Origin: Azolla caroliniana
Taxonomy: Eukaryota; Plantae; Polypodiophyta
Direction of reading: 5' to 3'
Length of the DNA: 64,000 bases
Assembly: GCA_043228905.1 (NCBI GenBank)
Contig: JBHGNT010000016.1
Coordinates: 12,276,001 to 12,340,000, forward strand
Positions 12,512-24,635 of this stretch are shown here, one piece after another. Position 1 is the stretch's first letter. The number at the start of each line of letters is the position of its first letter. A program made the position numbers and the translations under genes. Under the pieces are notes generated by a model that worked only from the letters and a program-made list of their open reading frames with translations, was not told the DNA's origin and ran no database searches.

Positions 12512-13383
12512 TGTCGTGAAGAATGTGCTTCACGATATAAAAATGAGCTTAAATGTTGTATTTAATAATATTTGAGAGACTTGAACCCACATCCTTATAA
12601 ACGATGTACAATGTACATACCACTAGGCTAGGCTATTCATTTGTAGAAACATGTAATAAATGTGCTTCATGATATAAGAATGAAGCTATATATTGTATTA
12701 AGTAAAATTGAGGGACTTGAACCCTCAACCTTGTATACCAAGCACCAAGCATACACCACTAAGCTAGGTTAGTTATTTTAGAATGCATTTTCATCATTAT
12801 ACTTATCCCATATCTATTTTCATACATAGCCATCATTCATCACATGCAATGCATGTGTGCCAAATGGCGATCATGCATTACATGTAACTCATGCATTGCA
12901 TGCATGCCATGCTCCCATACATTACCATATGCATGGCAACACTTATATAAAGAGGGGCAAGGAAAACAAGAGGGGGGAATCAAGAGAAAGTTAGAGAAAT
13001 AAGATAATAAAAAAAACAAACAAGTTAGCTTGTTGGTGAAGAGGCTTGTGTTTCCAAGTTGGAGTCAAGAGTTCGAATCAAGGGTCGATAGAGAAAGGGT
13101 TCATCTTGCTACCAAACATTATAAAGTTGGTAAAATCTTGTATTCGCAATACACATCATGTTCATATCATATACTTTTTTGTCTTAAATCATACTTTGTC
13201 TCTATCTTGCGTCTTGAATCATACATTGCCTCTATCTTTTATCTATACTAGTCTCTCTCTCACACATATTACTTTAAACTATTATTCTTCATATCCTTTA
13301 TCTTCCTAACATTTGCGCGCAAGCCTTATAAAAGTTCCTTCAACTCCCCTTAACCTTAGTCCCTGCGACTTCGCCGCACGAAC
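12512..13383 (+). mobile_element. Solo LTR-like insertion containing two tRNA-like units
   Basis: Starts TGTCGTG; flanks CACAG/CACAA (imperfect TSD); TATA CTTATATAAAG near 12943; 137-bp tandem duplication at 12522/12659. Confidence 0.6.
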
Positions 13384-13834
13384 CACAACTACCTAGACAA
13401 CAGGGTGCTACTCACGCAGACAGACAACAACCACTCGACTCGAAGAAACCAAAAAAAAGGGGGGGGGGGGGGGGAAGAGCCTCTACTGGAAGCACACGGG
13501 TTGTCCACGAAGCAGTGGTAGCGAACTCCCGGCACCCACAGAGAACGACGATCGGAGGAGAGAGAGCTCGGCACTCGGTTCTGCAACAACACTTCGTCCT
13601 CGCCAACGCGCAATCCCTTTTCTTCCTTCTCTCCCTCCTTAAATAGTTTATTCCCTGTCCCTTTCGACAGAGATACGCACAAATCCCCTAATAAATGTGT
13701 ACTACCTAGTATTTACATCAGCCGACCTAATTCTGAATCATGTACAAAATATCAATTCTCGCATCCACCCATGTAAGAGCCGGTTCATGCGCATTTTTCT
13801 CCGATTCCGCCTATGGACGGTTTTCTTCATGACA

Positions 13835-15979
13835 ACGTATGCTTGGGGCTGTTATAAGCAAACTGTCCTCAATAATTTGATTTACTCGTTCTGTTTGTCC
13901 ATCAGATTGAAGATGATCCATGGAGCTCATGCTCAACGTAGTTTCTAACTTCTTAAAGACTTGCGTCCAGAGGTCACTAGTAAATTTTGGATCTCGATCA
14001 CTCACGATATCCATCGGTAACCCATAAAAACGAAATAACTCGTCCACGAATTGGTAAGCCAATTCAGGAGTTGTTACCGTGGTTTTAGTAGCAATAAATC
14101 TGGCCAGTTTAGTTAGTCTATCAACCATAACCCAGATGGCATCATGGCCTTTTTGGGTGTGAGGAAGGCTAACAATAAAATCCATGGATATACTTTCCCA
14201 CTTATTGTTGGGAATGTCCAAGGGATGTAAAAGTCATGCGGCTTTAAGTCACTCGGCTTTGTTAACCTGACATTGGTGACATTTAGTCACATAGCTATAT
14301 GTCTGTCAGGATGCATCTTAGGCCAATAAAATTGAGTGGAGATGAGAACGAGTGTACGATGTATTCCAGGGTGCCCTACTGATGGTGCATCATGGCATTA
14401 AAAAAGAATTCCCTTTTGACCTCGGGTAAATCTGGAACACAAATCTTCCCATTACGGTAGAGCAGACCGTTAGCAATGTGGAAGTATTTCCTTCGAGGAT
14501 GTGGTGATGTCTGTTCCAAACTCAACTCTTGCGCAGTATTTTGCAAAATAACTGTCATCAGGATACTTTCCTCGAAGGTGATCATAAAGATCTGATCTTA
14601 TTTCAATGAAGCTAAGCATGTTAACTTCATGGATGCGACTTAGTGCATCAACGACAGTATTCATGGAACCTTTACGATATCGTATCGAAAAATCAAAGTC
14701 CTGGATGAAATCAACCCATCGTGCCTTACGACCTTTAAGCTCTAGTTGGTCACAAAAATATTTCAAGGACTTGTGGTCCATAGTTACCACAAAGCAATTT
14801 CCATAAAGATAATGACGCCATGTTTTGAGCACATGTATAACTGCAAATAATTCCTTTTCTTGAACGATATACCGACATTGAGCAGAATCAAGTTTCTTAC
14901 TCTCAAATGCTATTGGTTTACCATCTTGATATAAGACAACACCTACAACATAATCACTTGCATCGGTTTCAACCTCAAAAGGTTTTGAAGGATCGAGTAA
15001 AAGAAGTGAAGGAGCCTTGGAAACCAGGTCCTTGAGTTCCCTAAAGTCGAGGTCTAGTGTAGCATTCCACACAATAGGTTTTGTAGACTTACGTGTTTGA
15101 CCTTTTAGAAGATCAATAAATGGCCTCGTCAATTGGGAGTAATTACGAAGGGATTTTCGCAAACACCCGACAAAACCAAGGAATGATCGAACTTCTTGAA
15201 TATTCTGAAAAGTGGGCAAAAGCTTGATTTTCTCGATTCGAGAAGGATCAATTTCAACTCCTCGTTCGGTTATGAGATGTCCAAGATAAGCAATTGATTT
15301 CTTGAAGAACTCACATTTTGAGATCTTCGCGTAAAACTGTTTGTCACGCAATGTTTGTAAAAAAAAGCGGATATGTTTAGCATGTTCTTCTAATGTACGG
15401 CTATAAACGAAAATATCATCCAAGAAAATAATGACAAAGTTTCCAAGTTGTTCTCGAAAAATGTCATTCATTTCTTGTTGACATGTAGCCGGAGCATTGA
15501 TCAAACCAAAAGGCATAACCAAAAACTCCTAATGGCCATAGCGCGTACAAAATGCCGTTTTAGGAACATCCTCCTCACTTATACATATTTGATGGTAGCT
15601 AGTACAGAGATCAAGTTTCGTAAAATACCGAGCTCCCTGGAGACGGTCAATTAGATCGTCAGCCTGGGGCAATGGATACGAATTCCTGATCGTCACTTTA
15701 TTCAAGCGTCGGTAATTAATACACATACGCCATGCGCCCTCTTTCCTTTTAACCAAGAGAACTGGTGGCCCCCATGGAGATTTGCTATAACGTATATAAC
15801 CCATTCGTAAATAGTCCTTGTGTTGCTTAGCTACCTCATCTGCTTTAGATCGACTTAAGCGATAAGGAGGTACACTTATTGGTGAAACGCCAGGTACAAT
15901 ATCTATACGATGGTCTATATTACGTTTAGGAGGTAAACCATCTGGTAGTTCACTCGGAAAAACATCACGAAAATCATTA
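13835..15979 (-). mobile_element. Decayed RT-RNase H-integrase fragment of the same chromovirus family as 16208-23234
   Basis: Reverse complement aligns closely with 19918-22122; frameshifts and a small deletion. Confidence 0.95.
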
Positions 15980-16207
15980 GCACCGACCAGGGACGCAACA
16001 TGCAGTTGCAGATTTTTTGAGCAGACTCGAGAATGGAGAAACAGTACTGAAAGATGACGACGATTTTCCGGACGCCGACATCCTGCGGGTAGCAACACTA
16101 GCAGAAAGAACGGAATCAACTTTTCTGGATTGGTGGCTTATGGAATTGACATATTTTTTGTCTACGGGACTGCCTCCACCTCAATTACGCATGGATGAGA
16201 ACAAAAG

Positions 16208-16670
16208 TGTTACGGGCATGACCATATAATATCCCGTGGTAAGAATTTACCGTAGTATTCTATACACGTGGATAAGTGTGAGGGTTAAATGAGAGTGTAA
16301 AGAAGGGGAGGATTACTTTTAATCCTCGGGATTGAGACAACCCATTAGGTCAAGTGTGAACTTGCCTGGGGGCCTTGGGTATCGCTATAAATAAGAGGCC
16401 TAGCTACCCTCATTTGATGATCTTTTGACTACATCGAGACTCTGCTCGTGTGGTGGGTCAACTCTTGTAGCGAGCGCGCCAGCACCAGGTACGACTCGAC
16501 GCCACGGCGGTGGTATGGGGGTATGGGACGCCGATCGAGGCTCGAGTCCGTCTCGATCCCTTCGCTCGGGGGTGGTCGGGTGGATCGGCACCCTTCTTTC
16601 TCTTTCTCCTTTCTATCTATCTTTTCATTATCCTTATCTTAAGCTTACATTAGTACTATGATCTATAATA
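16208..16670 (+). repeat. 5' LTR (463 bp)
   Basis: TGTTAC...ATAATA; by eye identical to the 3' LTR except one extra GGTATGGG; TATA GCTATAAATA near 16385. Confidence 0.97.
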
Positions 16671-16672
16671 TT

Positions 16673-16682
16673 TGGTATCAGA
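16673..16682 (+). promoter_or_regulatory. Short primer binding site, tRNA-iMet type
   Basis: TGGTATCAGA 2 nt after the LTR; the usual following GC is absent. Confidence 0.8.
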
Positions 16683-16926
16683 TTTTATGTACTAATGTTT
16701 CTTTGTTTTTCATTTGTCTTTTGATTGATGCTGATCGATCGTTGTGCGGTTGGCCTTGATCCAGACAACGATCAACAAAGAACTTCGGTAACTCTTTCTA
16801 GAATTTTTCTTTCTATTCTCTCTTCTCCCATCTAATCATGTGTTTAGTTTATATGTAATTTTTTTCATTAAGTCAATGATGTTGTAGTGGTCTTTAATTG
16901 ATTATCTAAAACGTTTACATATGTGC

Positions 16927-17172
16927 ACGAGGTCAATACCTCGTTTGACATATTAATAATATGTGATGAGTGTCGTATGCGTACGAGGTTAATACCTCAA
17001 TTACGTATTACGTTCACGAACATATGTTACGTTTGCGTATGAGTTTAATACCTTAATTTGTTGTAAACGATATGCGTTTGGTCTCGTATGCGTAAGAGGT
17101 CAATACCTCCATTGCGTATTACGATGATCTCTTATTTGTGGATGTTTCGTGTGCGTAGAGGTATATACCTCG
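16927..17172 (+). repeat. Array of five GAGGT-N4-ACCTC hairpins in the element leader
   Basis: Cores at 16929, 16985, 17041 (degenerate), 17096 and 17158; spacing 56, 56, 55, 62. Confidence 0.85.
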
Positions 17173-18359
17173 ATTACGTATCTCGATCACATCATTTGTG
17201 GCTATTTACTATAACGATATGTTGAATATAGGCATATGTGGTCACATATATACGTATTTGATCGTATATATGTGATAAGTAAACATATGTGTATATTCGT
17301 TATTACGTGATTATATCGAAAGTTGTCATGATCGGGAAAAGGATGTTGGTGGCCGTCCTCACATTTTTGTGAGAATGGCGTTGTCACCATCCCTTTTTCA
17401 ACATTTTTTTTATTGTTGATAACCCCGTTGATGACCTCGATTTCGTTACGTAAAGAAACGCAATAGCCATAATGATGTTGAGTACGTAGGGCTTGACCCA
17501 CTTCAAGTGAGGTCGCTCCAATGACGCACGTATCCAACATCCCTCCCTCGTTACATGGATACGATGCCACCATGAGCTCGTTCTTACGAGAGGCATTCGT
17601 AATGACGTGACCATGTGATGGCCCACATGAGCCTACTACGAAACGAGGGCTCATTTGGCTTGACCATTAGGTTGCACTTTGGCGTATGCCATCGTAATTA
17701 CGAGACTTGAGGTTAGGTAACGTACCAACATAGTTTTGGTAAATGAGGGCGAAATAAGGACCCTTGACATATATGTTCTTTTAAAAAAACATATATGATC
17801 AATTGCCTCGCATATCTCTTATACGCATCAAACATTAAGCATTCGAGAAGACCAACTTACTTGGTTGGCTCAAGTGTTTAATGTATTTGTTCTCGAGGTC
17901 TCGAGTTCAAATATGACCAAGACCATACAACATCCTTGATACATATGACTATAACACATGTTTAGACTTAAGGTCTAAGTGCACCTCGGGGTCCTCGTAA
18001 TAGGACTTAAAGAGCCGAAACCACATATGTGGGCACCGAAACATAGTTTACTGTTAACATTTTTTTCGTGTATAAACTATTCATGACGCGAACATACATG
18101 GTTGAGCCTCGGGGAGCCACCATGAAAAAATCGATATAGAGATCAGGGAAAGACATTTATTTGTCACCCCCATGGTTTTTAAAACACCTTTGTGTTACCA
18201 TAGTAACCTGATCTCGAACCTCATCTCATACGTCTAGAGGGGTATTGACGTGAGATAATGATATCGATTAATGCTCGCCCATGATATGTTTACATCACGA
18301 CATGATGTTATGACTATATCTCTGACCTTATCCTATTTCTTTTCCAGAAATAATCTTTA

Positions 18360-21300
18360 ATGGCTCAAATTAACGACCCGATGTCATCCGCTCAAGCGGA
18401 AGGAACTCAAGGGAATCCTCCTGGACAAATGTCCACTGAGATGTATTTGGCACAAATAACCCAATTCCTTAGTTTCACCGCTCAACAGATGACCGAACTT
18501 CGGCAATCTCAGAGTGCTCTTGAGGCACGTGTCATTAGTCTACAACGTGAGACTAATAGACCTGATGAGCGACAAGGTGAACCATCATTTGTCGTTAAGC
18601 CATTTACGGGAGACAAAAAGGAAAGAACCGAAGAAGCAATCTGCACATGGCTGGGACGATGGGAGTCTCATTTTGAGCTCTATCCCACGCCAGATAGTAC
18701 GAAGATTGCATATGTCGGCCGAGAACTCGGGGGTAAGGCCGCCGCCTGGTGGCGTGGCCTCCGTACTATGGGGAAATTGCCCGATACCTGGACAGATTTT
18801 GTCACGGTTTTTAAGGGCCAATTTCTACAACCTCCCTCTCGAACCGAGGCAGCACAAGCTTTAATGAACCTCTCTAGCAGGAAATTTTCCTCGCTAGAAG
18901 ACTATGTTCACCATGCTAGAACCCAAATCCAAAAATCGGGTCTAGAAGGGGACAATTGGTTGATAGCTTGTTTTGTCAATGGCATCCCCAATTCGGACTA
19001 TCACTGGATAGTGCACGATAAGGATCCAAAATCCTTCGAAGAGGCCGTTGAAATAGTTCTTCGCTATCAACGCACTTCGAAGAAGGACCATAACAAACCC
19101 AACGAAGCGCCCGGGACTAAGCAGTCGCAATTTGTTGGGAAACGCAAGACACCCAACGAATTCCTGGATCGCGATTGTAAGCGACAACATCCTTTTTGTG
19201 TATTCTGCAAAAAGAAGGGTCATACAAAAGATCAATGTCGAAAGCTCCAACGGAAAGAGCACGACAACAAAGCTAAAGCTGCAGACCATAAAGGTCAGAT
19301 TCCTAATGTCCTTCAGGTCTATACACATCATTTAAGTAATTGTCAATGTTCTTTCCCTCACTATGTATTGGGTCCCAATGATTTACTACGTGCAAACGGG
19401 TATATCAATGGATCTCCCGTACAATTTTTATTTGATTCGGGAAGCTCACACAATTTTGTGAATGATCGTTTGGTTCAGATATGGGGAATCCAACCCACCG
19501 TAAGTGATCACACCTACACGGTGCACTTGGCTGATGGAAGAGTACAATACATCAACGGGGCGATTCATTCATTAGGAATTTCTATTGATACTTATATAGA
19601 GGAAGTAGACTTCCATGTAATGAATCTTTGTACCACCGATGTAATACTGGGTTATCCCTGGTTTTATAATAAAAACTCTTCTTTATTCATTGATTGGGTT
19701 CGTCATTCCATTTCTTTTGTATTGAATGATTGTACGCATTTTATTCAATGTGTAAAAAAACAATCCCTCTCGATTGTTTCCTCGTGTCCATCAATATCCG
19801 AGTTGTCTTGTTCTACGTTATTTTATTGTGTACTTGATCCGGACATTCACGTTTACAATATCGATAATGTCCCGATTCAATTAACATATTTTGAACAACA
19901 ACAACTTGATGAAATCTTAAATGATTTTCATGATGTTTTTCCAAGTGAACTACCTGATGGGTTACCTCCTAAACGTAATATAGACCATCGTATAGATATT
20001 GTACCTGGTGTTGCACCAATAAGTATACCTCCGTATCGCTTAAGTCGATCCGAAGAAGATGAGGTATCTAAGCAACTCAAGGACTATTTACGAATGGGTT
20101 ATATACGTTATAGTAAATCTCCATGGGGTGCACCAGTTCTCTTGGTTAAAAAGAAAGAGGGCACATGGCGTATGTGTATTAATTACCGACGCTTGAATAA
20201 AGTGACGATCAAGAATTCGTATCCATTGCCCCGGGCTGACGATCTAATTGACCGTCTCCAGGGAGCTCGGTATTTTACGAAACTTGATCTCCGTACTGGC
20301 TACCATCAAATACGAATAAGTGAGGACGATGTTCCTAAAACGGCATTTCGTACGCGCTATGGCCATTACGAGTTTTTGGTTATGCCTTTTGGTTTGACCA
20401 ATGCTCCGGCTACTTTTCAACAAGAAATGAATGACATTTTCCGAGAACAACTTGGAAAATTTGTCGTTATTTTCTTGGATGATATTTTAGTTTATAGTCG
20501 TACATTACAAGAACATGCTAGACATGTCCGCTTTGTTTTACAAACATTGCGTGACAAACAGTTTTATGCGAAGATCTCAAAATGTGAGTTCTTTAAGAAA
20601 TCAATTACTTATCTAGGACATCTCATAACCGAACGAGGAGTTGAAATTGATCCTTCTCGCATTGAGAAAATCAAGCTTTGGCCCACTCTTCGGAATATTC
20701 GAGAAGTTCGATCATTCCTTGGTTTTGTGGGGTTTTTGCGAAAGTCTCTTCGTAATTACTCCCAATTGACGACGCCGTTTACTGATCTTTTAAAAGGTCA
20801 AACGCGTAAGTCTACAAAACCTATTGTGTGGAATGCTACACTAGACCTTGCCTTTAAGGAACTCAAGGACCTGGTTTGCAAGGCTCCTTCACTTCTTTTA
20901 CCCGATCCTTCAAAACCTTTTGAGGTTGAAACCGATGCAAGCAATTATGCTATAGGTGCTGTCTTGTATCAAGATGGTAAACCAATAGCATTCGAGAGTA
21001 AGAAACTTGATTCTGCTCAATGTCGGTATACCGTTCAAGAAAAGGAATTATTTGCAGTTATACATGCGCTCAAAACATGGCGCCATTATCTTTATGGAAA
21101 TCACTTTGTGGTAACTACGGACCACGAGTCCTTGAAATATTTTTGTGACCAACAAGACCTGAAAGGTCGTAAGGCACGATGGGCTGATCTCATCCAGGAC
21201 TTTGATTTTTCCATACGATATCGTAAAGGTTCCATGAACACTGTCGCTGATGCACTAAGTCGCATCCGTGAAGTTAACATGCTTAGCTTCACTGAAATAT

Positions 21301-22793
21301 CATCAGATCTTTATGATCACCTTCGAGGAAAGTATCCTGATGACAGTTATTTCGCAAAATACTGGGCAAGAGTTGAGTCTGGAACAGACACCACCACATC
21401 CTCGAAGGAATACTTCCACATTGCTAACGGTTTGCTCTACCGTAATGGGAAGGTTTGTGTTCCAGATTTACCCGAGGTCAAAAAGAGGATTCTTTTTGAA
21501 TGCCATGATGCACCCTCAGCAGGGCACCCTGGAATACATCGTACACTCGTTCTCATCTCCACTCAATTTTATTGGCCTAAGATGCGTCCTGACATACATA
21601 GCTATGTGACTAAATGTCACCAGTGTCAGGTTAACAAAGCCGAGCGACTTAAAGCCGCAGGACTTTTACATCCCTTGGACATTCCCAATAATAAGTGGGA
21701 AAGTATATCCATGGATTTTATTGTTAGCCTTCCTCGCACCCAAAAAGGTCATGATGCCATCTGGGTTGTCGTTGATCGACTAACTAAAATGGCCAGATTT
21801 ATTGCTACTAAAACCACGGTAACAGCTCCTGAATTGGCTTACCAATTCGTTGACGAATTGTTTCGTTTTTATGGGTTACCGATGGATATCGTGAGTGATC
21901 GAGATCCAAAGTTTACTAGTGACTTCTGGACACAAGTCTTTAAGAAGTTAGAAACTACGTTGAGCATGAGCTCCACGGATCATCCTCAATCCGATGGACA
22001 GACAGAACGAGTAAATCAAATTATTGAGGACATGCTTCGAGCATACGTTGGTGCAAAACCAACAAAATGGGAACGTTATCTCCCAATTTTGGAGTTTGCT
22101 TATAACAGCTCCAAGCATACGTCGACGGGATATAGTCCTTTTATGTTGATGTATGGTTTTCAGCCACGAGCCCCGATTGATGTTACTATACATCATGATG
22201 AGTTGCGAAGTACGCAAAACTTTCTTCGGGATATGCAAGATATGTTGCATATTGCACGAGATAATATAAAAACAGCTCAAGATAGAGCGCGTTTTTATGC
22301 CGATCATCATAGGCAACCTCGTGTATTCAACCCTGGACAGAAGGTATTTTTACGTGTACCTCACAATTCTAAGACATTGTCTACGGGTAAGTGCGCTAAG
22401 TTAGCCCCACGGTTTTGTGGACCTTTTACAGTCCTCAAACGCATTGGGTCATCAGCCTATCGTCTAGCTCTTCCCGATGGTGTCGGAATTCATCCAGTCT
22501 TTCATGTGAGTCGTCTAAAAGAACTTCTAGGTTCTGGCGACAATACAGTTACAACTGAAACTCTGGTTACTTCTGAAGAATTATCTTCTAAACCACATGT
22601 ACCAGAAAGAATTCTCGATGTTAAAACAAAAAAATTACGTACTAAAGAAATCCGAGAATTCAAAATAAAATGGATGGATAAATCAATAAAAGATGCCACA
22701 TGGGAACGCGAAAATACTCTTAGAACTAACTTCCCTAACTTTCCATTGCAAGAGTGCAATGTTTTAAAGAGGGGGAGTATGTTACGGGCATGA
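18360..22793 (+). CDS. gag-pol: Gag-Pol polyprotein (Gag, CCHC knuckle, protease, RT, RNase H, integrase, chromodomain), 1477 aa
   Basis: [14 protein letters not shown]; LFDSGS; YPLP, FLDD; ETDAS; HDAPSAGH...CHQC; MDF, SDRD, QTER; GPF; PERILD...KW...DATWE. The stop lies inside the 3' LTR. Confidence 0.97.
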   Translation: MAQINDPMSSAQAEGTQGNPPGQMSTEMYLAQITQFLSFTAQQMTELRQSQSALEARVISLQRETNRPDERQGEPSFVVKPFTGDKKERTEEAICTWLGRWESHFELYPTPDSTKIAYVGRELGGKAAAWWRGLRTMGKLPDTWTDFVTVFKGQFLQPPSRTEAAQALMNLSSRKFSSLEDYVHHARTQIQKSGLEGDNWLIACFVNGIPNSDYHWIVHDKDPKSFEEAVEIVLRYQRTSKKDHNKPNEAPGTKQSQFVGKRKTPNEFLDRDCKRQHPFCVFCKKKGHTKDQCRKLQRKEHDNKAKAADHKGQIPNVLQVYTHHLSNCQCSFPHYVLGPNDLLRANGYINGSPVQFLFDSGSSHNFVNDRLVQIWGIQPTVSDHTYTVHLADGRVQYINGAIHSLGISIDTYIEEVDFHVMNLCTTDVILGYPWFYNKNSSLFIDWVRHSISFVLNDCTHFIQCVKKQSLSIVSSCPSISELSCSTLFYCVLDPDIHVYNIDNVPIQLTYFEQQQLDEILNDFHDVFPSELPDGLPPKRNIDHRIDIVPGVAPISIPPYRLSRSEEDEVSKQLKDYLRMGYIRYSKSPWGAPVLLVKKKEGTWRMCINYRRLNKVTIKNSYPLPRADDLIDRLQGARYFTKLDLRTGYHQIRISEDDVPKTAFRTRYGHYEFLVMPFGLTNAPATFQQEMNDIFREQLGKFVVIFLDDILVYSRTLQEHARHVRFVLQTLRDKQFYAKISKCEFFKKSITYLGHLITERGVEIDPSRIEKIKLWPTLRNIREVRSFLGFVGFLRKSLRNYSQLTTPFTDLLKGQTRKSTKPIVWNATLDLAFKELKDLVCKAPSLLLPDPSKPFEVETDASNYAIGAVLYQDGKPIAFESKKLDSAQCRYTVQEKELFAVIHALKTWRHYLYGNHFVVTTDHESLKYFCDQQDLKGRKARWADLIQDFDFSIRYRKGSMNTVADALSRIREVNMLSFTEISSDLYDHLRGKYPDDSYFAKYWARVESGTDTTTSSKEYFHIANGLLYRNGKVCVPDLPEVKKRILFECHDAPSAGHPGIHRTLVLISTQFYWPKMRPDIHSYVTKCHQCQVNKAERLKAAGLLHPLDIPNNKWESISMDFIVSLPRTQKGHDAIWVVVDRLTKMARFIATKTTVTAPELAYQFVDELFRFYGLPMDIVSDRDPKFTSDFWTQVFKKLETTLSMSSTDHPQSDGQTERVNQIIEDMLRAYVGAKPTKWERYLPILEFAYNSSKHTSTGYSPFMLMYGFQPRAPIDVTIHHDELRSTQNFLRDMQDMLHIARDNIKTAQDRARFYADHHRQPRVFNPGQKVFLRVPHNSKTLSTGKCAKLAPRFCGPFTVLKRIGSSAYRLALPDGVGIHPVFHVSRLKELLGSGDNTVTTETLVTSEELSSKPHVPERILDVKTKKLRTKEIREFKIKWMDKSIKDATWERENTLRTNFPNFPLQECNVLKRGSMLRA
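22766..22777 (+). promoter_or_regulatory. Polypurine tract
   Basis: AAAGAGGGGGAG, 2 nt before the 3' LTR. Confidence 0.9.
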
Positions 22794-23234
22794 CCATATA
22801 ATATCCCGTGGTAAGAATTTACCGTAGTATTCTATACACGTGGATAAGTGTGAGGGTTAAATGAGAGTGTAAAGAAGGGGAGGATTACTTTTAATCCTCG
22901 GGATTGAGACAACCCATTAGGTCAAGTGTGAACTTGCCTGGGGGCCTTGGGTATCGCTATAAATAAGAGGCCTAGCTACCCTCATTTGATGATCTTTTGA
23001 CTACATCGAGACTCTGCTCGTGTGGTGGGTCAACTCTTGTAGCGAGCGCGCCAGCACCAGGTACGACTCGACGCCACGGCGGTGGTATGGGACGCCGATC
23101 GAGGCTCGAGTCCGTCTCGATCCCTTCGCTCGGGGGTGGTCGGGTGGATCGGCACCCTTCTTTCTCTTTCTCCTTTCTATCTATCTTTTCATTATCCTTA
23201 TCTTAAGCTTACATTAGTACTATGATCTATAATA
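22780..23234 (+). repeat. 3' LTR (455 bp)
   Basis: Direct repeat of 16208-16670, followed by TSD AAAAG. Confidence 0.97.
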
Positions 23235-24635
23235 AAAAGACTAGCCGTCCAAAGCCATAATTTTTGCCTCATAGAAGGAGTTTTATATCACAAAGGTAGT
23301 GACGGCATTTGGGGTACGTCAGGATGAGAAAGAAGCAGTTTTACGGGAGGCGCACTGCGGCACGGCCGACGGCCATTACGCGGGCGACGTTACAGCCGGG
23401 AAGATATGGCAGGCAGGCTTATGGTGGCCAACAACGCAGAAGGACGCATCCGAGGATTGTAGAAAGTGTGATTTGTGTCAACAAATGGGCCAACTCACGG
23501 AGGGCGCAAGGATGCCACACTAGCCCGTATTACTGCTAGACCCCTTCCAAAAGTCGGGATTGGATTTCGTGGGCCCCTTCACACCAGTGCCAGCCCGTAC
23601 GGGCAATAAATACATATTGGTAGCTACGGATTATTACACCAAGTGGGTAGAAGCAAAGGCACTACGAGAAAATACGGCGGCCATCATAGGCAGGTTCCTT
23701 TACGAGCACATCTGGTGCCGGTTCGGTTGTCAGATTGAGCTCATTAGTGACCAGGGGAGTCACTTTCTCAATACGGTGGTTCGGGAACTAACACATCATT
23801 ACGCCGTAGTCCATAAAAACAGTACGCTATATTATCCACAGGCGAATGGGTTAGCGGAATCCACCAACAAGACGTTGCAGACCATCTTGAAGAAAATCGT
23901 CAATGAAAATAGAACGGACTGGGATACCAAATTACAAAGTGCATTATGGGCATACAGGACCAGCTACAAAACAACCATATAGTCAACACCGTTTCGACTA
24001 GCGTTTGGGCTGGAGGCTGTGATGCCGGTCGCATTTCAAGTACCCAGTTTGCGAATTCAGTTACGGGACTGACTATCGGAAGGCAAGTTGGAGGAGGTAC
24101 GACTCCACCAGCTACTCGAACTCAGGGAAAACGCGTACACAACATGGCTGTGTTGGAGCAGGAACAACGACGGCGTAAAGCGTTTGTAGATCGACATCGG
24201 AACACAAGGGAAAAGGAGTTCACCGTTGGTCGGGGGGGGCTGGTTTTCGAAACCCGTATGGGCCATATGGCAGGGAAGTTACGCTTCCGTGGGACCGGCC
24301 CATACTGGATAATTGGAGCGGAACAAGGCACATTCCAACTAGGTACGATGGCCGGGGAAGTAGTACGGCAAAAGGTGAATGGGTTTCGCCTTAAACCTTA
24401 CCTGGGCTCTACGCCACCTAACCCATTCACCGCCAAACAGGACAAAGCCGGAGAACCCGCTGCGTAAATGGGCGGCCCCACTTGTACCATAAAGTAAACA
24501 TATGTTGTATATAAACGTTACGAAAAAAAAAAAAAAAAGAAGAAAAAAAAAGAAAAGAAAAGAAAAAGAGAAGATAACGACTATTAAAAGGACTAAATGC
24601 ATGCACAAACTCCTAGTTCAAGAACACGCGGCACC

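Larger units (their letters stand above)
8872..13834 (-). mobile_element. 5' half of a decayed Gypsy element, family E (5' LTR, tRNA-Trp PBS, gag, PR, RT)
   Basis: Gag with CMWCDAVGHIQKDC knuckle, protease LVDHGSEINLM, RT LPQG...FLDD; LTR about 12316-13834 (TGTCATGAAG... on minus strand) split by an inserted LTR. Confidence 0.85.
16208..23234 (+). mobile_element. Intact young Ty3/Gypsy chromovirus
   Basis: Two LTRs, TSD AAAAG (16203-16207 and 23235-23239), PBS, PPT and an uninterrupted Gag-Pol. Confidence 0.98.

Noticed and set aside
12571-12768. Functional tRNA genes
   Set aside because: A/B boxes are present but acceptor and anticodon stems are not consistently formed.
16927-17172. CRISPR array
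   Set aside because: Eukaryotic retrotransposon leader, no cas genes, repeats short and degenerate, and spacers partly homologous and pairing with each other.
17202-17654. Antisense accessory ORF in the chromovirus leader
   Set aside because: No domain or second-copy support; overlaps structured RNA; length compatible with chance.
18139-18256. Hammerhead ribozyme
   Set aside because: No CUGANGA/GAAA core in the required arrangement.
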